Shown here one piece after another: positions 48,451-57,846 of a stretch of DNA of 64,000 bases; the first letter of the stretch is position 1; the number at the start of each line of letters is the position of its first letter. Made by a program: the position numbers and the translations under genes. A model generated the notes under the pieces. That model made no database searches, was not told where the DNA came from, and saw only the letters and a program-made list of their open reading frames with translations. The DNA is from Myxococcales bacterium (GTDB lineage: Bacteria > Myxococcota_A > Bradymonadia > UBA7976 > UBA1532): positions 195,531-259,530 of the forward strand of contig JACKDP010000007.1 of NCBI GenBank assembly GCA_020633435.1, read 5' to 3'.

Positions 48451-51400
48451 TCAGGGCGCCGTCCAGTAGTCGACGATGTGGTAGGGGTGATCCCCCTCGG
48501 CGGGGCGGACGGCGAGGCCGAAGTCGTAGGCCAGGCCGGCGTGATCGGCGTCGAGGCCGCCCACGGTGCCGCCGTAGCTCATGCCGCTGCCCACGGTGAC
48601 CTCCAGGGTCTTCTCCCTCTCGACGTCGAAGGTGAAGCCGACGGAGACGCTGGCGACGGTGGCCTCCAGCTCGATGCCCGCCGAGAAGCCGAAGGCCTGG
48701 CCGCTGACCTCCTCGCGCTCGAAGTCGATGCTGGCGCCGATGCTGCCGCCCCCCTGCGGGGCCCGGGCGGCGGGGCCGAAGACGGTCTCCTGCGACAGCG
48801 CGGCGGCCTCGGCCTGGCGGCGGTAGGTGGTCGGATCGCCGATGGTGTGGACGAAGGGGCGGGCGATGGGGGTCTGCGGGGCCACCACGGCGTTGTAGAA
48901 GTCAAACTCCGCCTGGGTGGGGACGGGGGTGCGGGGCACCGCGATGACGGCCTCGGTGCCGATCTCGGCCGGCACGGGGCTGCCGGTGATGGTGTAGCGG
49001 TACACGTCGTAGGGGACGTAGGTGTAGACGACGGTGTCCTCGAAGGCGCCGCCGGTGTAGTCGACGGTCAGCGTCACCGACTCCGACCAGCCCTCGCTGA
49101 ACGCGAAGCTCGCCTCCACATGGCCCTCGAAGTCGAACTCCGACTGGGTGAGGGCCCCGCCCTCGATGTTCACGCCGGCCGAGACGCCCACCTTGACGGT
49201 CGTGGTGGTCGACTCGCTGACGCCGTGGGCCTCGCTGATGCCGAGGGACGTGCTGCAGTCGTCCACCTGCCAGGGCGCGTCGTAGCAGGGCGCGGCGGCG
49301 AGCACGCCGAGCACCAGCGGCGGGCTGTAGGTCAGGGTGTGGTCGATGAAGTCGTAGGTGCGGACGTCCGGGTCGAGGTCCGGGGCCGCCAGCAGGGGCC
49401 AGGTGCCGGGCTGGAACGGGGCGATGGCGACGTCGGCGTCCAGCAGGGTCATGCCGTCGGCGCCGTCGGTGCTGGCGAGGATGACGCGGTCGGCGGTGGC
49501 GAAGGCGAAGGCGATCTCGTCGCCGGGCTGCCCGTCGAAGTCGCCGGCCACGGCCGTGAAGTCGGCCTTGCCCACGTTGAAGCGCCCGTCGCCGGGGCAG
49601 AGGTTCAGGCGGCCCTCGAAGTCGAGGACGCTGCGGCCCTTCAGGCCCTCGTCCGTCCAGGCCAGGACGCGGTCGTTCATCACGACGAAGGCGTCGGCGT
49701 CGGGGCGGGCGGCGACGATCTCCATGGCCACGTCGTCGAGGCGGCTGCCCGCCGCGCGGCAGGGGGCGAAGGCCGGCAGGCGGTCGGCGTAGCTCGCCCC
49801 GATCGGCACCAGGCGCGACTGGCCAAACTGGAAGACGGCGGCGGCGTAGTCGGCCTGGTCGGGCAGGCCCACGACCTCCTCCACGCTGGCGAAGACGATC
49901 TCGCGGGCGCCGCCGGCCTGCACGTCGCCGATGGCCACGTCGGCGTTGTGCAGGTCGGCCCCGTCCGAGAGGGTGATGGCCTGGGGCAGGGCGGGCTCGT
50001 CGCCCAGCGGCGGATCGAGCGCCTGGGGCGCGAGGCCGGCGGCGAGGCTGGTCACCAGCGCCCGGGTGCCGGCGTCGTCGCCCAGGGCCGCCACGATCTC
50101 CGCCCGGAAGTCGCCGTTCAGGTCGGCGGCCGCCACCCGCATCCGGGTGACGCCGGGGAAGCTGGCCGGGGCGAGGACCCGGTGGCCGTCGACGGCGTCG
50201 TCGATCACCGTGATCCAGCCCTCGCCGAGGCGGGTGCCGACGAGGACGAGCTCGTCGCGGCCATCGGCGTCCAGATCGGCGGCGGCGAGGTCGCTGGCCG
50301 CGCTGCCGCCCAGGATGACCTGCTGCGTGAGGGCCACGCTGCCGTCGTCGGCCGGATCCAGGACGATCAGGTTGCCGCTCGGGACGATGCCCGGCAGGGG
50401 CACGAAGACGACGGTCTCCTGGGGCGGGTCATCGTCGAGCTGGGCGGCCACGGCCACCCGGGGCATGGGCAGCAGGCCGCCGGGCGGGGGGAAGCTCGCG
50501 ACCACGGTGTCGAGGCCCTCGATCAGCGTGAGGGGCGTGGCCCCGCCGAGGGCGGCCGGGCCGCCGATGAACAGCTCGCGGGTGCGCAGATCGACCTGCG
50601 GGCGGCCGTTGATGGGATCGCCGGCGGGCGCGCCGGGGGGATCCTCGGGCTGGTTGCAGCCGGCCGGATCGGGGCAGCCCTCCGGCGGCGGGGGCGGCGG
50701 GGGCGGCGGGGGCGGCGGCGGGGGCGGCGCCGCGTCGCAGGCCACGCCGTAGATGGGGAACTCCATCCGGCTGAAGTGCCCGGCCGGGTCGGTGACCTCG
50801 ACGAGCAGCAGGTACCGGCCGGTCGTGTCGGTGGTGAACGTCAGGGTGGGCCCGTCCGCGGCCAGCACGGGGTGCGCGCCGGCCGGCTGCTCGAGCACGG
50901 AGAAGGCGTAGGCGAGGGGATCCCCGTCGGGATCGGAGGCCGTCACCTGCACCTCGGTCTGCGCGCAGATCTCGAAGAACTTGCTGGGGTTGTAGGTGAG
51001 ATCCTCGATGGTGGGGCCGTAGTTGATGACGCCCACGACGTTGATGCCGCCGGTCTGGGGCCCCCCGCACTCGATGACGAGGGTCGTCTCGGTGGTGTGG
51101 CCCGCCACGACGTCGGCGAAGCTCATGCCGGGGCTGCAGTCGGGCAGGGGCGCCCCCTGGTCGTCCACCACGGCGCCGCAGATGCGGTACTCGCCGGGCA
51201 GCACCTGGAAGTGGGCGTCGGCGAAGGGCGCGTCGGCGTGGGCGGCGTCGCGCTCGGCGGGCAGGCCGAACGGCAGGATGGGCGCCACGCGCTCGCCCAC
51301 GAGGGGGCCATCACACGGGTCGTCGCGCTGGACGACGCGGAAGTGGACGCCGGCGGCGTTCTCGGGGGCGTTCTCGGCCGCGAGGGCCGCGTTCAGGGCG

Positions 51401-51501
51401 GTGGTGGCGCCGAAGCCGGCCCCCGCGGTCGGCTGGCTGCCGCCGTCGCTGCACCCGAGGGCGAGGGCGGCGGTGAGCAGGAGAGGGGTGCGTCGGGACA
51501 T
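48451..51501 (-). CDS. FG-GAP/integrin-alpha-like repeat lipoprotein with a 14-residue poly-Pro linker
   Basis: Start trimmed to MSRRTPLLLTAALALGCS with GGAGG 6 nt upstream. Motifs DLNGDFRAEIV and AGDFDGQPGDEIAF. PPPPPPPPPPPPPP is encoded by a (CCG/CCC)n tract at ~50.69-50.74 kb. Confidence 0.8.
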   Translation of the reverse strand: MSRRTPLLLTAALALGCSDGGSQPTAGAGFGATTALNAALAAENAPENAAGVHFRVVQRDDPCDGPLVGERVAPILPFGLPAERDAAHADAPFADAHFQVLPGEYRICGAVVDDQGAPLPDCSPGMSFADVVAGHTTETTLVIECGGPQTGGINVVGVINYGPTIEDLTYNPSKFFEICAQTEVQVTASDPDGDPLAYAFSVLEQPAGAHPVLAADGPTLTFTTDTTGRYLLLVEVTDPAGHFSRMEFPIYGVACDAAPPPPPPPPPPPPPPPEGCPDPAGCNQPEDPPGAPAGDPINGRPQVDLRTRELFIGGPAALGGATPLTLIEGLDTVVASFPPPGGLLPMPRVAVAAQLDDDPPQETVVFVPLPGIVPSGNLIVLDPADDGSVALTQQVILGGSAASDLAAADLDADGRDELVLVGTRLGEGWITVIDDAVDGHRVLAPASFPGVTRMRVAAADLNGDFRAEIVAALGDDAGTRALVTSLAAGLAPQALDPPLGDEPALPQAITLSDGADLHNADVAIGDVQAGGAREIVFASVEEVVGLPDQADYAAAVFQFGQSRLVPIGASYADRLPAFAPCRAAGSRLDDVAMEIVAARPDADAFVVMNDRVLAWTDEGLKGRSVLDFEGRLNLCPGDGRFNVGKADFTAVAGDFDGQPGDEIAFAFATADRVILASTDGADGMTLLDADVAIAPFQPGTWPLLAAPDLDPDVRTYDFIDHTLTYSPPLVLGVLAAAPCYDAPWQVDDCSTSLGISEAHGVSESTTTTVKVGVSAGVNIEGGALTQSEFDFEGHVEASFAFSEGWSESVTLTVDYTGGAFEDTVVYTYVPYDVYRYTITGSPVPAEIGTEAVIAVPRTPVPTQAEFDFYNAVVAPQTPIARPFVHTIGDPTTYRRQAEAAALSQETVFGPAARAPQGGGSIGASIDFEREEVSGQAFGFSAGIELEATVASVSVGFTFDVEREKTLEVTVGSGMSYGGTVGGLDADHAGLAYDFGLAVRPAEGDHPYHIVDYWTAP

Positions 51502-51577
51502 GGTGACCTCCTGAGTGGGTGAGGTCAGCCTGCCGCGCGACGGTCTGTCGCTCACTGTCAGGCCATGTCAGGCGATG

Positions 51578-52489
51578 TCAGAGGCGCTCGATCTCCAGGC
51601 CTGCGATGCCGAGGCGGAGCTGCCGGCTGGTGGCGCGGCGCTCGACCAGGCGGCCGGCCTCGCGCACCCCCAGGGCGGCGAGCTGCTGGCGGGCGCGGTA
51701 GATGTCGACGTTGAGGCGGGGCGGGTCGGTGTCGAGCATCCGACACAGATCCTCGACATACACCCAGCCCGCCTCGGCCTCCGACACATCGTCCGGCGCC
51801 TCGTGGCGCAAGCGGGCCAGCGTCAGCAGCAGGTAGTGAAAGCCCCGGGTGGGCAGGGCATGGAGCTGGGCGCCCTGCTGCACCCTGAGCTGCACGAACT
51901 CTTCGTCCTGGCTCACCGCGAAGCGCAGCACCAGGCGGTCGACGCTCGGGCCGCCCCCGGCCAGCATCGTGGTCGCCGCCGCGGCCTCGCCGCCCACGGG
52001 CAGCAGGATCTGCCACCGATCCTCGAGCCAGTCGGCGTCCTGGACGAAGCGGGGCGCGCCCGCCACCTCGGCCAGCCAGCGGCCGTTGGCGGCGGCGAAC
52101 ACCGTCGTGGCGGGATCCTCCGGATCGGGCAGGGCCAGCAGCCCGTCGACGGCGTGGCGAAACACCCCCGCGGCGTCGACGGCCACCGCCTCGGGCGGGC
52201 CGTCGGCCACCAGGCGCCACTGCTCGTCCGCGTCGCCGAGCTGCAGCGTCGCCCCCACGGGCAGCGGGCGCAGGCCGCCGGGGGCCAGGGGCTCGCCGTC
52301 GATCAGCGTGCCGTTGCGGCTGCCCAGATCCCGCACGTGCCAGCCGCCGTCGCGCCACGTCAGGACGGCGTGCTCGCCCGACGCCCGGGGGCTCGCGAGC
52401 CGCAGATCACAGCGCTCGCCGCGCCCCGCCAGCACCCGGCCGCCGAGGGCGATCCGGCGTGCGCCATCGGCTCTCTCCAGCACTCCCAT
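51578..52489 (-). CDS. FHA-domain protein
   Basis: N-terminal FHA: GRGERCDLRLASPRASGEHAVLTWRDGGWHVRDLGSRNGTLIDGEPL. Confidence 0.8.
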   Translation of the reverse strand: MGVLERADGARRIALGGRVLAGRGERCDLRLASPRASGEHAVLTWRDGGWHVRDLGSRNGTLIDGEPLAPGGLRPLPVGATLQLGDADEQWRLVADGPPEAVAVDAAGVFRHAVDGLLALPDPEDPATTVFAAANGRWLAEVAGAPRFVQDADWLEDRWQILLPVGGEAAAATTMLAGGGPSVDRLVLRFAVSQDEEFVQLRVQQGAQLHALPTRGFHYLLLTLARLRHEAPDDVSEAEAGWVYVEDLCRMLDTDPPRLNVDIYRARQQLAALGVREAGRLVERRATSRQLRLGIAGLEIERL

Positions 52490-52602
52490 GGCCCGATGCT
52501 ACGCCACGAGGCCCGCGGCGGTCATCCCTTGCCATCCGCTGTCATGGAGATCGCGCGGCGGGCGGGGCATGCTGGCGACAGACCAGACCACGGAGCTGCC
52601 AG

Positions 52603-53988
52603 ATGGGTGCACGCACCAACGCGTTCGCGTTGCTGATCGGGATCGACGACTACCGCTGCTACGACGGATCCGCCGGGCTGCCGGCCGGGACGAGCGACCT
52701 CAAGGGGGCCGTCGCCGACGCCGAGGGCTGGCGCCGCATCGCGCTCGCCATCGGGCTGCCCCCGGCCAACATCCGGGTCATCACGGCCCCGGCGGGCGTC
52801 GGCGGGGCCCACCTCGCCGACCTGCGCGCCGGGCTCGACTGGCTGGCGGCCCAGCTCCAGACCAGCGACGTCAACGGCGGCTTCGTCGCCATCTCCGCCC
52901 ATGGCAGCTACGACGCGAAGCTGGGCTCTCTGCTGTGCCCCGGTGACGTCGAGGCCGCGGGGGACGGGCTCGCCAACGCCCTGCCGGTGGCCGAGATCTT
53001 CAGCCGGCTCGACGCCCGGGCGCCCCGGACGCCGGTCACCGTGTTCCTCGACGCCTGCGACGCCAGCGCCGGCGGCGGGCGGGATCGCGGCCGCGCGCTG
53101 CGGGGCCGGGCGCCGGTGGCCGACGCCCCCCACACGCCGCGCAAGCGGCCCACCGACCTGCTGCTCGCCGCCTCCCGCCCGGGCGCGGAGAGCTTCGAGA
53201 TCAACGTCGGCGGCGCGGGGCACGGGGCCTTCTCCTGGGCCGCCCAGGCCCTCATCGACCGCTGGGGCCTGCACACCGCCGCGGACGGCGACGTGCACGT
53301 CGACCTGCCCTACGGCGACCTGACCGCGCGCCTCAACGCCCTGCTCACCGCCATGGAGGTGGGCCAGACCTGCCACTTCGACGCCCCCGCGGGCCAGGAC
53401 GAGCGCCGCGTCTTCGCGGAGCTCAAGGGCCTGGAGGCCGGCCAGGCTGCGGCGCCGGCCGATCTGGGGGGCCGCGAGATCAGCCCGGGCAGCGATGGCA
53501 AGATCCTGGTCTACAAGGTGACGCGGGTGAGCGACGGCTGCCAGAAGGCCACCCTCTACGCCCCGGGCAAGGACTGCGGCACGGCCTGGGAGAGCGGGAA
53601 GTTCTACTGGTCCGGTGTCAGCGAGGGGTGGGACTGGCTGGCGGCCGGCCTCGCGAGCGGCAACAAGTTCAAGATCGCCTACGACAGCACCGTCGACTCG
53701 ACCCCCACGAACCCGTACAGCCAGCCGACGAACGTGAAGGTCTACGTGAACTCGAGCACCTGGAACGCCGGGGCGACCGTCCCCGCGCTGCAGTCCGGGG
53801 ACCGCATGGGATCGTTCCTCTTCGACGGCAGCACGGGCTACGTCGTCACAGGCACGGGCGTGACCATCGAGTGGTACCTGCCCAGCCAGCCCAGCTCCGG
53901 CTACATCGTCGACGCGAGCAACGCCCTGAAGATCGTGCCCATCGTCGAGCCCACGGCCCCGTCGGGCAGCTTCTACGGCGACGACTGA
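52603..53988 (+). CDS. Caspase-like (peptidase C14 / metacaspase-type) protein with a C-terminal beta-rich domain
   Basis: FALLIGIDDY...VAISAHGSY (His)...VTVFLDACDAS (Cys). No signal peptide. Start trimmed to MGARTN. Divergent from the FHA gene. Confidence 0.8.
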   Translation: MGARTNAFALLIGIDDYRCYDGSAGLPAGTSDLKGAVADAEGWRRIALAIGLPPANIRVITAPAGVGGAHLADLRAGLDWLAAQLQTSDVNGGFVAISAHGSYDAKLGSLLCPGDVEAAGDGLANALPVAEIFSRLDARAPRTPVTVFLDACDASAGGGRDRGRALRGRAPVADAPHTPRKRPTDLLLAASRPGAESFEINVGGAGHGAFSWAAQALIDRWGLHTAADGDVHVDLPYGDLTARLNALLTAMEVGQTCHFDAPAGQDERRVFAELKGLEAGQAAAPADLGGREISPGSDGKILVYKVTRVSDGCQKATLYAPGKDCGTAWESGKFYWSGVSEGWDWLAAGLASGNKFKIAYDSTVDSTPTNPYSQPTNVKVYVNSSTWNAGATVPALQSGDRMGSFLFDGSTGYVVTGTGVTIEWYLPSQPSSGYIVDASNALKIVPIVEPTAPSGSFYGDD

Positions 53989-56414
53989 CCGTTGACCGGC
54001 CAGGGGCGCGCGACGCGCAGGCCCAGGGAATTGAAGCGATCACCCGGCCGGGCCCCGAAGCGGCCGGCGGCGCGGCAGGCCTGGCGGGTGCTGCTCCAGG
54101 CGCCCCCCTTCGCGACGCGGAAGCCGGCGCCCGGATCGTCGTCGGGCAGCAGGTGGCCGGCCTCGTCGACGGGCCCGGCGCGGCGGTAGGCGTTGCGGCA
54201 CCACTCCCGCACGTTGCCCGCCGTGTCGCGCACCCCATACGGGCTCTCGTCGGCCGCGAACGCCCCGACGGGGCTGCGGCTGGCGTTGCCCGGGCGGCTG
54301 TCGAACATGCAGGCCCAGCTCGGATCGACGTGATCCCCCCACGGGAAGCAGCGGCCATCCACGCCGCGGGCGGCCTTCTCCCACTCGCACTCATGGGGCA
54401 GCCGCCAGGGCAGGCCGGTGTGGGTGGCCAGCCAGGCGGCGTAGGCGGTGGCGGCGTGCCAGTCGATCCCCACCACCGGCCAGTCCGCCGGCTCCGCCGC
54501 CGGGGCGTGAACGGCGTCGTCGAGCGTCCACCGCGTCGCCTCGCCCGCCGGGCCGAGGCCGTCGGCGGGCAGCAGGGGCCGCGCGGCGGCCTCGCCGTCG
54601 GTGGCCAGCCGATCCCGCAGGAACGCCGCGTACTCCGCGTTGGTCACCGGCCGGCGCTTGACCACGAAGCCCGCCAGCCAGATGCGGTGGCGGGGCAGGG
54701 GATCCGTGGCGGCGGCGTCCCCGCCGAAGAGGAACCACCCTGGCGGCACATAAGCCTCGTCGGGCGCGAGCGTGGGCGGCAGGGGCACCGGATCGGGGGC
54801 GACCCACCGGGCCTGCCGTCCGAGGTGGACGGGGTAGGTGATCGGGGCCCGGTCGGCGGCGGCGAGGGTGAGCCGGTAGCTGCCCATGGGCAGGACGACG
54901 TCGACCAGCGGCGTCGCCCCCAGGGGCCGGGGCGGGCCGGCCGTCATGCGTCGATTCGTCAATGAGTACAGCGAGATATCTACGCTGACCCCGGGCGGAT
55001 CCGTCGCCAGCGACAGGACGCCGTCGCCCCGTAGCCACGCCGCGTGCGTCCCGTCGTCGTAGCCAGCCAGCAGCGCGGCCTCCTCGGCGACGCCGGGCGC
55101 GTCGCGGCGGGCCTCCGCCTCGACGAGGCGCGCCCGATGGTGGTCGGCCAGCTCCCGCCGCGCGGCCGCGAGGCCGGGGGCGATCTCCAGGGCCGACTGG
55201 AGCGTCTGGACGAGCTCGATGTCGGCCAGGCGCGCCGCCACCTCGGCCTCCTCGGCCTGGGCCTCCAGGGCCCAGCCCGCCGCCTTGGCCTCCTCGGGGG
55301 CGTAGCCGGGAACGGCCTCCAGCAGGCGCCGCGCCTCGGCGCGCAGGTCGGCGGCCTGGGCGCGCAGTCCCTCGCCCCGCGGGCGCATCGCCACGGCCCG
55401 GGCCACCACCGCCAGGGCCTGCGCTCGCCGCCGCGCCCCGTCGAGCCACGCCCGCACCGCGTCGGCCAGGGCGCTGGCGTCGGCGAAGCGGTCGCGCTGG
55501 GCCGCCGCCATCGCGGTGCGGCAGAGGGCCACGAGCTCCGCGTCCAGGGGGGGCGCGCCCGCGGGCCGCGCCACCGCGTCGATGGACGGCGGCTGGCCCT
55601 GGACGAGCTGCCGCAGCCCGGTGCCCTGGTCGGTGATGGGCGGCCGGCCCAGCAGGATTTCGAAGAGCACGGCCCCCAGGGCGTACACATCGCTGGCCGG
55701 GCCCAGGGCCGCCAGGTCGCCCCGCGCCTGCTCGGGCGGCATGTACGCCACGGTGCCCAGCACGTCGCCGATGCGGGTCAGGCGGTCGTCGTCGGGGGCG
55801 AGGCCGGCTGCGCCCACCGGCTGGGCCTCGCCCACCGGGCACGCCAGCCCCCAGTCCATCACGAGCACCTCGCCGAAGGCGCCGACCATGAGGTTGCTCG
55901 GCTTCAGGTCGCGGTGGATGACGCCCTCGGCGTGGGCGTAGGCCATGGCCTCGCAGACGCGCCCGAAGGCCTCCACCAGGCGGCGCAGCGTCCAGCCCGA
56001 GGGGGCCGGCTGCCAGGCCCCGCCGGCGGCCGCGGCGTGCACCTCGGCGATGGCCGCCGCCAGCGTGCGCCCCCGCACCTCCTTCATCGTGTACCAGAGC
56101 ATCCCGTCCGGGCGGCGCCCCTGGTCGTGCACGGCGACGATGCCCGGGTGCTGCAGCCCGGCGGTGATGCGCGCCTCGTTCAGGAAGCGCTGGCGCGCCT
56201 GCTCCACGTCCAGCAGGCGGGGATCCAGCAGCTTCATGGCCAGGTGGCGCTCCAGGACGGCGTCCCAGACGCGGCGCACCTCGCCCATGCCGCCGTGGCC
56301 GATGCGTCCGGCGTCGCGGTAGCGGCCCCCCAGATCGCCAGCGACGGACTTCGCCTGAGGCGCGGGGCTCGCGCCATCCAGGGTCAACGTCTCGCCGCGG
56401 GTCTCATCGGCCAT
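53973..56414 (-). CDS. Ser/Thr protein kinase fused to a C-terminal FGE-sulfatase (SUMF1-like) domain
   Basis: Start trimmed to MADETRG. Kinase subdomains GHGGMGEV, AMK, HRDLKPSNLMV, DWG, PPE. The C-terminal ~260 aa carry the FGE-sulfatase pattern (WRLPHECEWEKAARG...GNVREW...RVARP). Confidence 0.85.
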   Translation of the reverse strand: MADETRGETLTLDGASPAPQAKSVAGDLGGRYRDAGRIGHGGMGEVRRVWDAVLERHLAMKLLDPRLLDVEQARQRFLNEARITAGLQHPGIVAVHDQGRRPDGMLWYTMKEVRGRTLAAAIAEVHAAAAGGAWQPAPSGWTLRRLVEAFGRVCEAMAYAHAEGVIHRDLKPSNLMVGAFGEVLVMDWGLACPVGEAQPVGAAGLAPDDDRLTRIGDVLGTVAYMPPEQARGDLAALGPASDVYALGAVLFEILLGRPPITDQGTGLRQLVQGQPPSIDAVARPAGAPPLDAELVALCRTAMAAAQRDRFADASALADAVRAWLDGARRRAQALAVVARAVAMRPRGEGLRAQAADLRAEARRLLEAVPGYAPEEAKAAGWALEAQAEEAEVAARLADIELVQTLQSALEIAPGLAAARRELADHHRARLVEAEARRDAPGVAEEAALLAGYDDGTHAAWLRGDGVLSLATDPPGVSVDISLYSLTNRRMTAGPPRPLGATPLVDVVLPMGSYRLTLAAADRAPITYPVHLGRQARWVAPDPVPLPPTLAPDEAYVPPGWFLFGGDAAATDPLPRHRIWLAGFVVKRRPVTNAEYAAFLRDRLATDGEAAARPLLPADGLGPAGEATRWTLDDAVHAPAAEPADWPVVGIDWHAATAYAAWLATHTGLPWRLPHECEWEKAARGVDGRCFPWGDHVDPSWACMFDSRPGNASRSPVGAFAADESPYGVRDTAGNVREWCRNAYRRAGPVDEAGHLLPDDDPGAGFRVAKGGAWSSTRQACRAAGRFGARPGDRFNSLGLRVARPWPVNGQSSP

Positions 56415-56446
56415 GGGCTCACGCGGGGGGCGGCGCGGGGGCGCGC

Positions 56447-57490
56447 TCAGGCACCGAACGTCACCGCGTAGATGGGCGACAGGTGGGCCGACAGGTGGCG
56501 CCAGGTGTCGCCGGCGTCCTCGCTCAGCCAGAGGTTGCCCGTGGTCGATCCGAAGGCCAGGCGGGTGCCGGTGGCGTCCACGGCGAGGGCATGGCGGTAG
56601 GTCAGATCGTAGGCGTGCTGCTGGGGCAGCCCGGCGCGCAGCGTCTCCCACGTCTTTCCCCCGTCGCGGGTGCGGTTGACCACGACGGCGCCGTCCACGG
56701 GGATGCGGTTGCTGTCCTTCTGCCCGGGCACGAACCAGGCCGTGTCGGGGTCGGTCGGGTGGGCGGCGACGCCGAAGCCGAAGCCCGACACCGGCGGGTG
56801 CAGGCGCGTCCAGGTGCGGCCGCCGTCGTCGCTGCGGAAGATGCCGTTGTGGTGCTGCATCCAGACGCGGTCGGGGGCGGCTGCGCAGGCCGCGAGGCGG
56901 TGGGGATCCTGGGTGTTCTTGTCGCCGGCGCGATCGGGGGGCAGGTAGTCCGCCACGAGGCCGTCGCCGTACAGGTCGAACGTCGCGCCCCGGTCGGTGC
57001 TGATCCAGACGCCCCCGCACGAGATGCCCAGCGTCAGGGTGTCGGGCTGATCGGCGCGGGTCAGGACGCTGTGGATGCCGGGGCTGTCGTAGCCGCCGCC
57101 GAACCAGCCGAGCCGCTCGGGGCGATCCCAGAGGCCGCGCATGAGCGTCCAGCCGGCGTCATCGAGGTGGAAGAGGGCGCCGGGGATGGCGCCAGCCCAG
57201 ACGGTGCCATGGGCGTCGACCGCCAGCGTCCACACCTGATCCATGGACCAGGGGGTCTTGTCTTCCAGATCGGCTGGCTTCTCGGGGAAGGCGGGCGCCG
57301 GCATCTCGGCCCAGGCCCCCTTCGTCCGGGCGTGCACCTTCACGCCGAAGTGCCCCAGCCGCAGGGCCACCAGCAGGCGGTCCGGCAGCGGCAGCACCGC
57401 GCTCACGGGGTCGCCCCGGAAGGCCACGTCCGTGATGGCGCCGGCGTCGTCCAGCGTGAAGAGCCCCTTGCGCGTCCCCACGTACAGCAT
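56447..57490 (-). CDS. BNR/Asp-box repeat beta-propeller protein (sialidase/Ycf48-like fold)
   Basis: Four Asp-boxes (STDRGATF, SDDGGRTW, TRDGGKTW, SEDAGDTW). ATG at 57490 with GGGAGG 7 nt upstream, 3 nt after the MoaD-like stop. Confidence 0.8.
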   Translation of the reverse strand: MLYVGTRKGLFTLDDAGAITDVAFRGDPVSAVLPLPDRLLVALRLGHFGVKVHARTKGAWAEMPAPAFPEKPADLEDKTPWSMDQVWTLAVDAHGTVWAGAIPGALFHLDDAGWTLMRGLWDRPERLGWFGGGYDSPGIHSVLTRADQPDTLTLGISCGGVWISTDRGATFDLYGDGLVADYLPPDRAGDKNTQDPHRLAACAAAPDRVWMQHHNGIFRSDDGGRTWTRLHPPVSGFGFGVAAHPTDPDTAWFVPGQKDSNRIPVDGAVVVNRTRDGGKTWETLRAGLPQQHAYDLTYRHALAVDATGTRLAFGSTTGNLWLSEDAGDTWRHLSAHLSPIYAVTFGA

Positions 57491-57492
57491 GC

Positions 57493-57750
57493 TCAACCTC
57501 CCGAGAGGGCCTGCATCACGAAGATCTCGCTCGCCGGCCCCACCGCGGTGGCCAGCGAGGCACGCTCGCCATCGGCGAAGATGGCGACATGCTTGCGGAT
57601 TTCGCCTTGATCATCGAGGACGTAGCCCCGCAGCCCGGGGGTGCGGTCGAAGACGGCGGCCAGCGCTTCGCCGACGGTCGCGCCCGGCACCTCGGTGGGT
57701 GGGGCGTCCACGTGGCGACGCAGGACGTGGGTGAACTCGATGCGCGGCAT
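57493..57750 (-). CDS. MoaD/ThiS-family ubiquitin-fold protein ending in Gly-Gly
   Basis: 85 aa. ...ATVGEALAAVF...IFADGERASLATAVGPASEIFVMQALSGG* has the MoaD/CysO pattern with a C-terminal GG. Confidence 0.7.
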   Translation of the reverse strand: MPRIEFTHVLRRHVDAPPTEVPGATVGEALAAVFDRTPGLRGYVLDDQGEIRKHVAIFADGERASLATAVGPASEIFVMQALSGG

Positions 57751-57846
57751 GGCCCCACGCTACGCCGGCGTGCCCGGTGGGTCCAGCCGTCCGTGGCGGC
57801 GGGCTTCCCCTTGACCGGCCGGTCTGTCCCGGTGACAGTCGCCTCC

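Noticed and set aside
48478-51522. 1014-aa plus-strand ORF antisense to the FG-GAP lipoprotein
   Set aside because: Low-complexity G/A/R/V translation. The minus strand has lipobox/RBS and FG-GAP motifs.
53973-56414. The FGE-sulfatase domain of the kinase as a genuine sulfatase-maturating enzyme
   Set aside because: FGE-like domains fused to Hanks kinases are widespread and are not known to be catalytic. Without verifying the Cu-binding Cys pair I treat it as a sensor or ligand-binding domain.
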